The notes under the pieces are model-generated. The model was given only the letters and a program-made list of their open reading frames with translations. It searched no databases and was not told the DNA's origin. Source: Anolis carolinensis (Eukaryota). From it: 64,000 nucleotides of DNA. The translations under genes and the position numbers were made by a program. The stretch lies in NCBI RefSeq assembly GCF_035594765.1, contig NC_085845.1, forward strand, positions 48,292,024-48,356,023, read 5' to 3'. This document shows, in pieces, positions 52,101-64,000 of this stretch (within the stretch, counting starts at the first letter, position 1; each line of letters starts with the position of its first letter).

Positions 52101-54436
52101 TAGAAATAGCTGAATTAGTTTGGTAATCAAATACCCCTAGCTAATTTCTATGTATGATTCAACATGTCGGTTCTCGTCATAATTATTTGGTTCCACTAAC
52201 TGTATAAGAGAAAGCACATATTTATCCTTCAGTTAAAAGATTAGCACAAACTAAATTACAATATTAAAATTACAAGTGGTAATTGTAATTCACCAGAGGA
52301 TAAACATCATGTTTAAAACATCAGATTTGTATATCTTAACCTACTTTTGATATTAAAAATTATTTATACTACACCACCAGGCACAGTGGGCATGTTCTTT
52401 CTTAAGATAGAGTCATTATACAGTGACTGCCCTGAAATAAAAATAAAGCAAGTACAATTTTATGATACTATCATATGATCAATTAAACAGAAAAATGAAA
52501 CACCTATGATTTCATTTAGGTTCATACAATAGTAATGAATCGTCTGTTCTTTGATAGCTAATTAATCCAAATCGCTAACAATATGCAAACCTAAGGTATA
52601 TTCACAGTTAACATTTTATTACCACATATATGACTGTAGCCATTTCTTTGAGCTTTTTCCAGTTTCATAATGCAACCCACCAAAGATTCAATGGATACTC
52701 CATTGAACAATTTTCATCAAATCATAGGGAACTGTAGCAGAATGGAAGGATGAGGCAAACACAGATTCAGTGGAGGTAATCTGTAATGTACAAATAGGAA
52801 AGAGAAGTGAAAACAAAGGACGAAATTGAGTACTTTTGCAATTATCCCTTTACTTATGGAAAATTTGATCCCATCTCTATGTCAATAAAATGAACAATAA
52901 GAAAATCAACTTGTCCACTTTGCTTGAAATGGGTTTTTGTTTGACATTAGTAGTGCTCAAGATGCATCAAATGGAATAAAGTTGCAGACATAACCACTGA
53001 CCTTTTCATTCCCAAAAGGAGTCAAAAAGAGAGTTCCATAATAAAATTGTGACAAATGCAAACCCCAGAGGCTGAAATGTTACTTTTTAAAAATAATGTA
53101 ATTTATCACTCATTACAGAGAATCACCCCTCTCCCAATAAATTACTATTACAAATAACCTCTTACTGGCTTGCTTATTGTATTACTCTCTATCTTTTATT
53201 GTTTGTAAACAAATGAATATAGGACTAAAGAGTGAAAAATTGAAAAAATTCAGCTCAACATACATTTTTAAATACCTTTAAATGACCTTAATAGGTAATT
53301 TGAAAAGCAACAAGAAATGTCTTACATCAAAAGAGTGGTTGCTGCCTTTCCAGCCAATCTGTTATTTCACTGAGAAAACAAAAATAGAAATGGCTGGAAA
53401 TATACTTTGGGTTTGGAAAAAAAAGAGTTTTTCAAAGGTTGAACAAAGGAGAGAGCTCCTGCAACTTATTTAATCCTGGTCCAACATGGTTACATGAAGT
53501 ACCCCACTTATATTTTGCCCACTTCAGTCAAAACAGAATAAATGTATGCCACACACGACTTCCCGTGTTGTCTTTGAAACAATGGGGGAAACCAGGCAGT
53601 GGACGCTTCCCCATCTGGGATGAAGCCAGCTGTAAGTCGGGTGATGTGAGGTTTGAGGCAATGGGTTCCCCCTGCCAAGACCCCACAGATTCACCACGAT
53701 GCATGGTGAGTCCATATGACAATATGCTAAGGTTTTATGATGATTTCAGCTGTTAAACAATGAAGGAACACACCTGAAGGTGAGAATGAGAAACTAAGAA
53801 TGCATACCAGGGCAACTTCATCAAATTTTCATGAAAGGGTGAAATTTTCAGCCCTGTAACAGAGACAGAGACAGGGTTGGGAACAAAAATAATTTTCCAA
53901 AACAGAGAGTTTCTGTTACAGCTCATGGGACTAGAAGTTGTATACAGGGATGACATGATACCCATTTGTTTGTTTATACTAGATTTCATGCCTGCTACAT
54001 TCCCACATCTTTCTTTGCACCAGAAATCAAGAAAAGAGCAGAACAGTTTCTTTTTTATCTTATGTTAAATAAATCTTTCAAAAAAAAAAAGAGCACAACA
54101 GTTACCTTTGAGTAGTAACTACAATAAGTTACTTCACTATAGAGTGCATGAAAAGCAGATTAGGGGCTCATCTACACCAGATAGTGTAGTTTAGTGTAAA
54201 TATGCCCCAGGAAAGCCCTGGATCTGGCAGGTGTTTAAGAATGCATCCACTCCATTGGGGCAACCTTCATCTCACTTCCTCCTTGTTACCACTTCCACCA
54301 CTCCTTGCCAACCACAGAGCTTCATGCGAGTGCTTCTGTTAATGTTGATGTCATAAAAGGCCTGGAAGAGGAAAGCCATGAGACAGGCTGCTGGGGATGA
54401 TGTGAGTGGGAGTTGGTGGGGACTGGGTAGTATCTA

Positions 54437-54922
54437 CCCTGTTTCCCCGAAAATAAGACATCCCCAAAAAATAAGACCTAGTAGAGATTTTGCTGAATTG
54501 CTAAATATAAGGCCTCCCCTGAAAGTAAGACGTAGCAAAGTTTTTGTTTGGAATTATGCCCGCCAAACAAAACACCAGAGCATGCAGGATTGGTAAATAC
54601 CATAGATTGCTGTACATGAAAATAATGGTAGTAACAAGAAATTCTTGATGATGATGATAACTTTATTTTTATACCCCGCCCCAGCTCCCTGAAGGGACTC
54701 GGGGCGGCTTACATGGGGCCTAAGATTCACAGTTTGTCTGGTTATGCTGGTATGTGATGATATCTACTGTACAGTATATAATAAATGTTCATTTCTTTTG
54801 TTCAACAATAAAAGTGAATTCTTCTTCATGGAAAATTAAGACATCCCCTGAAAATAAGACCTAGCACATCTTTGGGACCAAAAATTAATATAAGACACTG
54901 TCTTATTTTCGGGGAAACACGG
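54437..54922. mobile_element. Tigger/pogo-like MITE with a nested LINE 3' tail (~54648-54722)
   Basis: TIR CC(C/G)TGTTTCCCCGAAAATAAGACA with TA TSD. Confidence 0.8.
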
Positions 54923-57900
54923 TAAGTGTAGCTTTAAATGTATTTTTTAAAATTATGTTTATGACACAAAATATATGTGTGTGTGTGTGCGTGTGTATTC
55001 ATATTTTGCCCTGTTTTAATTGTTTTGTATCATGTTTATTGTTAGCCACTTTGAGTCCCTATTTCAGAAGAAAGGTGGTATAAGAATAAAATAAAATAAA
55101 ACAACATCTTAGATTTCTCAGAAGCAAGGTCCACTAAGATAAACTGAACATTTGCATCAAATCTTTGTGGAATCTCAGAGAACTTTTGCTCATTTCTGAC
55201 AGATACGAAAGCCTGGATACTTAACACATACACTCTCCCCTGCCCAAACTTGCTATTCCTGCCCAGTCTTTCAACTCATATCATTTCTGCCACCTTGAAC
55301 TAAATCTGCCAGGTTCAGAATAACAATTCAAATGATGGATGGAAACTTAGCAAAAGGATATTCCCTAATTTAGGATAACAACAAAAAGAGAGGAAGCTGA
55401 ATATTTCTATTTCCTTTCCACTCAATACACTTTTAGGCAAAATCCAGAATGATTATCATGGTTTGTGGCTGCATTTTATACTGAATATCGACAATCTGGG
55501 GGGCCTTACTATGGAGGGTTTTGACTCAATTGCTATAGATGAACCATAGAAAACGTGGCATTTGCAATAGTTCTAAAATGCGTGGAGAGCCACACATTTC
55601 CAACTCTGGCCATATGTCATCCTGACATACCAACAGAGGCATCCTCCAAAAATTTTGTGAAAAGGACATTATCCCAAATAGAAATATCAAAAGCATTATT
55701 CTCCAGGTTGCCTTTCCTCATGATATATGAAACATGGTAAGTAACTTGCAGCAATGCTTCAAATTTATGTTGTGAAAGCTATTCAGATCTGAAAAAAGCA
55801 CTAACAAATGGGCAACCTTGTCAGTTGCAATGTTAATAAATCAAATTCACCAAGGTAAGCTGTATTTTTACTTCAAGTGGATCTATCATCAGAGGCCAAT
55901 GATAATGATACAGCTACAAGAAAAATAAATGTGCTTTTCCTAACCTTGACTATAATTCAGTAACAATTTGCCTTACCATTTTGCACATATCATTGGGAGT
56001 TATCTTTTTAAAGGTTTTTATATTTTTAATCATTACTTCTGTCATAAAATTGGCATTCTTTAAGGAATTCAAGAAAGTATTCAAAGCAATAACTTTTAGA
56101 ACAACAGCATTCCTTGAAGACATAGTAATACATTTTTTGATTGACGTTACTTTAATACTTCAAATAATCTGTGGTTGATGTGTATTCACTGATCTTTTGC
56201 TAACTTAGCAGAGTCTACAACCACTTCTACATGAAAAGAAAAGCATTCCTTTGTTTAAAAAAAAATCCATCTTTTAAGTCTTTTTCTTAAGAGCTTTAAG
56301 AGCAAACTAGTCATTTTGATAATCCTCAAGGACTTTGTCAAAAAGACAACTATTTCAATTCTAGAGAATTCATAATCAACTAAGCATTTCATTTATGACC
56401 TGCTTTTCTCCACAAATGGGACAGAAGATGGTTAATTCAAGGTAGTTATTCCATAATCGATTATGGAAGATACTGTGTGTATATGTGGGTGTTCTCTCTC
56501 CACCGAGACTCTTCCAACACAAAATATCTCTCCAGTTAAGGCTTACACTGTTTAATTATAATAGAAATTTATGGGAGATCCAGAGAACTTTACCTTCAAT
56601 TGGCAGCCTTCTTATGTTTTCCCATTATTTCTTCCATCATTTGTATTACCATTGAGAAGAGAAGATGTAAGGTTTGCAAAAGTGAATATTAGGAGCCCTC
56701 TTTCTAAGGTGTGGGAAGGTTTAATTTCTACCTCTCCACCCCAGACACCACCTTCAAAAAATAAAAAAATAAATAAATGAAACAGGGACATTATGATATC
56801 CATACTTTTCTCCATCACATCCAATTCCTGTATTAGATCAAGATAAATTGTGGGCCAAACCTAGAAATGAAATGAATGGAACTGTATTTGCTTGGACATT
56901 GCCCTAGATCTTCATCTGTGTCTAATAAGTTAAAGAACTGTAGTGTCAGGCAACTTTTTTTTGACTGAGATTATCTTTTATGTCAGTTTTAATTAACCTG
57001 ACCTAACAGTATAAACGTGTTATTTTAGGAGGGAGAAAGGAAGAAAGCCTGTCTTTCTATGTTACAGATTGGCACTGAGGTGCAGATAGATAAAGAGATC
57101 TGCCAAATTTCAGATAGATTAATAAATCTGCAAAAGGAATAAATAACAAAAATTAGATAATATTTTTGTTTCTGCATCCTATTGGCACCTGTTCTGAGCA
57201 GATGGAGATGTGCACAGCTTCCCCCACCTCAAAAAAATTAGTGATTTGAAGCCTCACTTTGGAAAATGTAAGTGTCAGTGCCCTTGAAAGCTGATTCATT
57301 TGAAAGCTGTGTCTTCTAGTGCTTTTCATTGCTTTTCTTAATCGCATTGAGTTTTTCTCTTTCTTTCTGACATAACAAAGACTTGAGAAGATTATAAAAC
57401 TGAATATTAGAAATAAATCCATAAAAATATGATTAAAATGAAGATTCTGCTATTTTTGAAAATAATTTATTCCAAATTGTAAATGCTACCAGTGAATGTA
57501 ATTCCTATAGAAATTTCATTTTTCAATTCTGCTATTTGTTCTGAATATAATAATGCTATGTGATAAAGAGAATTTATTCTCTTTCCCATAGATTCAAGGT
57601 CTAGTACAGACCAAGCTCAACATAGTAGAAACAGAAAGTTTAAAAACTTATTGGTAGCAAGCTGCTCATGATCAACTACTCTATAAAGCTGTTTTTGCAG
57701 AAACCCTTAAGATACACAGTCTAAGAAGTTCCAAAAATGAAACTTCACATTCAGCACACTATCATTTGCCAAGGAAGAAACAGTAATAGAGCAGATTTGT
57801 CATCACTCACGTATTGGAAAAATCCAGCATGCCACAAATATCTATCTTTGACGGGCATAATCACCTGCCTGTTTTCATTTTACATGAAGGAACAAAAATA

Positions 57901-58008
57901 TGTTTTCTACTTAACACTTCAGTAAAACTGAGGTTTAGATAGGTCTGGATATATAGGACATTTCTCCCCCACACCATATGTCTTAGGACAACACAACGAA
58001 TGTCTAAG

Positions 58009-58143
58009 CAGTGGTTCTCAACCTGTGGGTCCACAGATGTTTTGGCATTCAACTCCCAGAAATCCTAACAGCTGGTAAACTGGCTGGGATTTCTGGGAGT
58101 TGTAGTCCAAAACACCTGGAGACCCACAGGTTGAGAACCACTG
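58009..58143. mobile_element. Palindromic hAT MITE, same family
   Basis: Same sequence family; no clean TSD. Confidence 0.85.
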
Positions 58144-58379
58144 CCGTCGAGGTTTTAGCTATGGAAGCACAGCTTTTTGTTTTGGCCCCAAATCCTTACA
58201 GTAGCAGATCACAAGTTCCATGACCGCCATCACTCTTTTGTATCAAGACAATAAAGAAGGACTAGAAATTTAGAAGCATAGAGTTGGAAGAGATCACAAG
58301 AAACATCCAGTCCAACATACTGCTATGCCAGGGCACATCATAAAAGTACTCCTGAGAGTTGGTCTCAAGAGAAGGAGAT

Positions 58380-59297
58380 TGTGATGACTCATGGGCCATG
58401 TAGTCCTGTTCCTAGCACTGTTGTGACAGATGAAGAGGAAAACTTAGGTTTCCCACCGTTTCAGCCAGAATTGGAGCTTTTTCAGCCAGAATTGGAGCCC
58501 TTGCACCTGCAGGAGATTTGCCTTCCAGAAGTCGGCCAAACAAGCCTTGAGCCGAAATCTCGCCGCGATTATTATAAACAACAGAAAAGCGCTCAGGAGG
58601 CTTCTCGCAGGAGCGCTAGGATCGCTGCCAGGCATTCAGCTGATTAAGCCTGCTTCCCATGGGAAACTTTAGGGAGTCATGCATCTGGACGCAGAGAATG
58701 GCTTTCGGTTCTGGTTCCCCAGAGAATTGTTCTTTGGCGGGAAAACGAGACCCTATTTAGGTGTTTTGCCCACGTAGGGACCTTGCGGAGTCAATTCGTC
58801 AGCTTCGGGAGTAGGTTGTGTGTGGACTACGCTACTCCCGCGTCCAAGCCCTTGTTCCCATTTCCAGCCTTGCCTTGCTTCCCAGGACCTTGCCTTGCTC
58901 CACGGACCTTGCCTTGCTTCCCGGACCTCGCCACGAATTTACCACGGATCCTGTTCTTGCTCCTCGTTTCTTGTTGCCTTGAATTAAGCTTAGTGTTCCA
59001 AGAATCAAGTTTACTTCCTAGCCTTGCTTAAGCTTCATGGACTAAAGGACCTTGTCATCTCCCCTCACTTTGCTTGGCAAAGTGAGTGTTTCGGTTACTG
59101 GATTACAACTTTGGACCTTAATATTTCATATTGGACATTGTTTCTTTGGACTAATTTTGACCTTTCCTGAAAGGTCTACTTCTGGACTATTTTCTACACT
59201 TGTTTTTATTAACTTTATATACTCCTACAATAAAGATATTAGATAGATTCTGGCCTCTGTGTATGGTTATTGGTGCTCTGCAGCCTGGGTCGTGACA
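58380..59297 (+). mobile_element. Solo LTR of a sister subfamily of the same chromovirus
   Basis: TGTGATGAC...CGTGACA with a perfect 5-bp TSD GAGAT (58375-58379, 59298-59302). The 3' ~265 nt are ~97% identical to the full element's LTR; U3 is diverged. Confidence 0.95.
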
Positions 59298-60561
59298 GAG
59301 ATTTGACCACAGTCAAAGGCAATATATTCTATTCTCTGACATCTCTGTTGTTCCTAATATTCCTTTCCTGCAGTTTGAATCCATTGCTGTCTTAGGGTGT
59401 GTCTACCCTGTAGAATTAATGCAGTTTGACACCAGTTTAACTGCCAAAACTGAATACTATAGAATCCTAAAAGTTGTACTTTTGCAAAGTCTTTTGCCTT
59501 CTCCGCCAAAAAATGTTGGTGTCTCACAACTTACAACTTACATAGTTCCATAGAATTGAGCTTAGGCAATTGTTGTCAAACTGCATTAATTTCACAGTAT
59601 AAATGCACCCTTGGACTTCAGCCCACATGATAAGTAAAGCTATGGGGATTGTTGCTTTCCCCTTAAGCTTCACAATGCCATGTTTGGAATTTAAACAAAT
59701 GCTTTTCCTACCCTCATCACATGTTTTCCTTCATTCAGCTTTATTTTCCAAATATCTATTTGCCTTCCCATCACACATGAGGCATATTTCTCCTACTATT
59801 GTCTCCTTCTGTGTTTTCTTTGACTTGAAAAAAATTCTTTGTATTTGTTCTTGTGGAAGTACTTTTTAATACAAGATTATTAAACAGGATTTCTTCTATT
59901 CTATGTTATTCTATATTACAGTTTCTCTTTATAAGTACAGATACCTCTCAATTCAAAAAGAAACTCTATTGAATTTACATTGATAACAAAAGGATATAAA
60001 TTACCCTTCCTTCCTCCCAAAAAGTTTATATACTGCCCATCTCGGCTCCTCCCTCCAGAATGATGTCACATTATGTTTACAAACAGGCAGTGGGGAAATC
60101 CCTTCACACATTAAATTTGACATTTTTACCCCTCTCTGCGCAGGAAACTTAAAATGAAGTTGGTTGCCAATCGACTTAGGAATCATCGGAAAAAATACAC
60201 ATTTTAGAAACAGCAAAATGCTTGAAACACACAGTACGAACTTGCATCGTGTGATGGGCTCCATAGGTAGCCATTCTTAAAAGTGTAGAAGCAGTAGTTT
60301 TATTGTGTGTGATAAAGTCACTAGTTTCTAGCAACAGACTTTGCTCAAGTGTTGTAACTGGAAAAAGGTGAGAAAAGAAAGCATATAAAACCTAATTCTA
60401 GCTGTTTTCGGGTTCTACGTCATACACAGGTAGGAATCACATGGACCTTTCAGTTATTTTAGGACCCTTGAAGCCCCGATATCCTCAATCTATTTTTTAC
60501 CACAAAAATTCAACTGAAGAATCAGGCACACAATTCACCTTCAAGCAGATGACTCTCCACT

Positions 60562-60852
60562 TTTTTTTTCATGTAAGGAGTGACTTGAGAAACTGCAAGT
60601 CACTTCTGGTGTGAGAGAATTGGCCATTTGCAAGGATGTTGCCCAGGGGCGCCCGGATGTTTTTGATATTTTTACCGTTCTTGTGGGAGGCTTCTCTCGT
60701 GTCCCCACATAGAGCTGGAGCTGATAGAGGGAACTCATCCACGCTCTCTGCGGGTTGGATTCGAACTGGCAACCTTCAGGTCAGTAACCCAACCTTCAAA
60801 TCATCAGTCCTGCCAGCAGAAGTGTTTAACCCACTGTGCAACCAGGGGCTCC
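60562..60852 (-). mobile_element. tRNA-derived Sauria-type SINE
   Basis: A/B boxes on the minus strand, poly-A tail, 12-bp TSD TGACTCTCCACT. Confidence 0.88.
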
Positions 60853-63800
60853 TGACTCTCCACTAAAACAAAGCATGAGGTCTCCTTTCACAATACACAT
60901 TATAGTGCTATATTTTGTTTTAACTTCCATTACAACATCCTATGAAAACCTGGTCTTGATGACAATCTAGTGCTCTCTAGCTGAAAATTCTAAACATCTC
61001 TCTCTAAACTACAATTCTCCAGATTGAGTTTGGAATATAGCATTATAATTATGTAATGCGAAAGAGCTCCGTGTTTTAGTCAAATTAATAAATTGATGCA
61101 CTATGACTTTATTGAAGCAGCTGTATATAAGTATCTGAAATCTAGATGGATGAGCGAGAACAATTAAACCAGCTTTTTTACCTCTATTTATTTTATTTAT
61201 TGGGAGCATTTATACCTCACTCTTCAGCCACAAAAGCTCTCCTGTGTTCCTGGTGCAACATCAATATTCTGTTCCAAAATTCTGCTCTATATGGACTTTT
61301 CCTTTCTCATTTCTCTGCCTTGCTGTTTTAATTTCTCAGTTGCATTTGGGTTTTTGTGGGAGTAATTTGTCTCATTTTGCTTGTATTTTATCATTGCATT
61401 TATTTATTGCACTATTTTACTGTTCTCTGCTTGGAGAATTTCTTCATTGAAAAGTGGATTATAAATTTTCTAAATAAATAACGAAGAGAAAACATACCAT
61501 CTGCTCAGGAGATGCTGGGAATAACTGAAGAGGCTCAGTTAATTATAAACACTTTTTTAAAAAATCAGCTCTGGTCCTTTTGAAGCCTGCAATAAAACTG
61601 TTGACAAGATCACAGCCTGAAATTCTATTTCAACAGAAAACAAAGTTTGGAGTTCATTTTTCTCATCATTTTGAAGAGTAGGCACAGAAAAATGTACTCA
61701 GAGGCCCACTGAGTGTACATCACCAACAGATAAGAACTTAAAGAATGGCAGGGCAGTCTCTGGAGAACACTAAGAGAGATGTGAACAGTGAAAAATGAGG
61801 AAAAAAAGAAGCTGATTATTTGGATATAAAGGCGGGAAAAGGTGGAGCAACCCTTTGAAGAATTTTGATAATCAGGAGAGTTAGGGAGAATGGGATTTAG
61901 CAACAGAAAATAGTCACACTGATTAAATGAACAGTTTGGTACCAGTTTAAAATTAAGGGAAGTGGTTTCCCAAGAAGGTAAGAGGAAATGGGAATTGTTA
62001 AGACAAGAACTTAAAGTATGAAGTCAATCTTTTACCTTCAAATAGTCCAAGGTTTTAGATAAGTATCAAGAACATTCTGTAGATTGCAGAAATAGAAGAA
62101 GGCTTGGGAAGGCAAGAGTCTGTAAGGTCAGGTACATTTTGTGGACTGCCTTAGAAGAGAGTGGCTGCTGTCATGTACAGTGAGGCTTCTCCAGTACCTA
62201 GTTGTAAAAGTTAGTCATCAGTCAAATGGATTACTTTGGAAGCATACGGACTGTTAGGGTATGTCTACACTGTAGTATTAATATAGTTTGACACCACTTT
62301 AAGTGCCAGGGCTCAATGCTATGGAATCCTTGGATTTATAGTTTAGTAGTATGTATGTACTAGTAGTATGTAGTTTGGCACACTTTGATACTCTTTGGTA
62401 GAGAATACTAAAGACTGTGCAAAACCACAACTCCCATGATTCCACAGCATTGAGGCATAGCAGTTAAAGTGGTATCAAATTACATTAACTCTACACATGG
62501 TAGATGAACATCTATCACTTTAAGTTTTTAAACAAAGTTTTGATGGCAATTTCTCAGAGCTGCTTCAGCAGAGGATTCCTGTACCGGTAGGAAGTTGGGT
62601 TTGAATGCTTCTGGGAAACCTTCCAATTCTGGTTCTATGATTATGATTCAATTGAATGGGATTTAAGCAGCCTGGAATATTTGGGAATTGCTTACAAATT
62701 GCCACAGTGTGGATGTGCCTTTTTTTTGTGAAATAGGCAGTTTTGGGCCTCGTAGTCCAATGCATGTTGGATCGTGCATAAACATATGAGGTGGGAGGTT
62801 AGCTTTGAGGCTTAAACTGAAATGAAACCAATCACCTTAAAACAAATCTGGAGTGAAACCTGGAAGTCGGAAACAAAGGCTGAGCAACCAAGACTTTTGA
62901 AGTAGAAAATCAGGAAGTACAAAAATCAAATTAAATCATGAAGTTTGTTATCATATGATCAACTTTGGAAACAGCAATTAGTGAGAATGCTGTTTCTCTC
63001 TTGGTTTTGCTTATTGAGAACAATTGAGTCCATATTTCACAAAGGACCATTTGCGAGGGATATGAAAGAAATTTCCTTAACATTAAATCTATGCTATCTG
63101 AAAGCAGCAATAGAATAAGTCTGGAATGGGTTGTGCATTGAAACTGCTCAAAGTGCTTGCATTTCATTCTGATCTGAACTTTTGGTTATAACATTTAGAA
63201 GCGGGTTGTCATCATTTTTCATTAGTGATGTCACATGCACTGCGCTTTCTGTGCTCCTTACTCCCACCACAGTCACATTTCTCAAAGCACTCACAAAGGT
63301 AATGATTGCATTTTATTGTTTGAAGATAGCCATTTTCTCAGCAGCATAATACCACTGTTACAGAATTATTGGAAAATATAATACCAACAGAACTTTGCTG
63401 CTGTATTGAGGGCCGTATTGGAAATATTGTCTATGCTGGAGCATGCAATTAATCTGTAAGCTAATATTAGTTTTGTTTTAAGTTGTAGGAGCATGATGAT
63501 GGGATCTAAATACTTTACAGAAACATTCAAGTTAATGCTCAGAAATATGACTAAATCCATTTGTATGGAAGGGGACTTTCATAATATAGATTTAGCAATG
63601 ATAGAAACTGAAAGGCAGTATTTATGTGTTTTGCAGTACATGTGCCACTTGAATCTCAGAATGTTTTCTAACGTACTCCATAGACATTTGACACTAATCA
63701 TAAATGCTAGTTTTCAATATTTATCAGGACTATGTCCATCCATTATACAGTCTTGTGGCACTTTTAAGATTAATAGGGATTATCCATTTCTGCATAATAG

Positions 63801-64000
63801 ACTGTACTATGCAAACCTTAGGTAGATGAATACACTTCCATAGTTGTGGGATTTCAGAGTGAAATGGAGTACAGAAAATGTATTATGAACAATGGTCATA
63901 AACCTTCCAAGCATTTGATTGGCATAGATATCCTCTGTGTGTGCACACATGCCTTTAAGATGCTTGTTGATTTGTGGCAACCCCATGAATTTTATAGAGC

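Larger units (their letters stand above)
152..63180 (-). pseudogene. Probable decayed multi-exon host gene (unidentified) spanning the window
   Basis: Minus-strand segments bounded by pyrimidine-AG and GT(A/G)A: 62119-62036, 56703-56594, 56226-55977, 55788-55510, 26451-26176, 24473-24328, 13881-13811, 5109-4846, 1069-772, 693-~520 and 314-152. Most have stops in all frames. Confidence 0.45.

Noticed and set aside
1-64000. CRISPR arrays, rRNA/tRNA genes, prokaryotic operons
   Set aside because: None seen. The sequence is vertebrate-like, and the tRNA-like boxes belong to SINE heads.

Overview
Vertebrate genomic DNA, AT-rich and repeat-rich. The repeat inventory (Sauria-type SINEs, L2, Vingi, RTE, R4/Dong, Penelope, hAT/Tc1/Harbinger MITEs) suggests a squamate such as Anolis; this is inference. 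The centrepiece is a young, apparently intact Ty3/Gypsy chromovirus of the Sushi/PEG10-like lineage (42685-49104, +) with near-identical 973-bp LTRs, plus a diverged solo LTR of the same family (58380-59297). Four signals stand out. (1) Pol reads ~97 codons into the 3' LTR and ends in an HMGN-like RRSARIAA motif that shows only synonymous change between the two LTR subfamilies. (2) Gag-pol is joined by a -1 frameshift with a non-canonical G_GGG_GAA heptamer and an H-type pseudoknot. (3) The primer-binding site is complementary to the element's own predicted 5' end (tRNA-free self-priming). (4) A TAA-targeting R4/Dong LINE has a 5' UTR that folds into a pseudoknotted RNA with a canonical box C/D kink-turn. 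Splice-signal-bounded, stop-riddled exon-like segments on the minus strand across the window suggest a large decayed host gene that I could not identify. All calls were made by eye, with no database searches.
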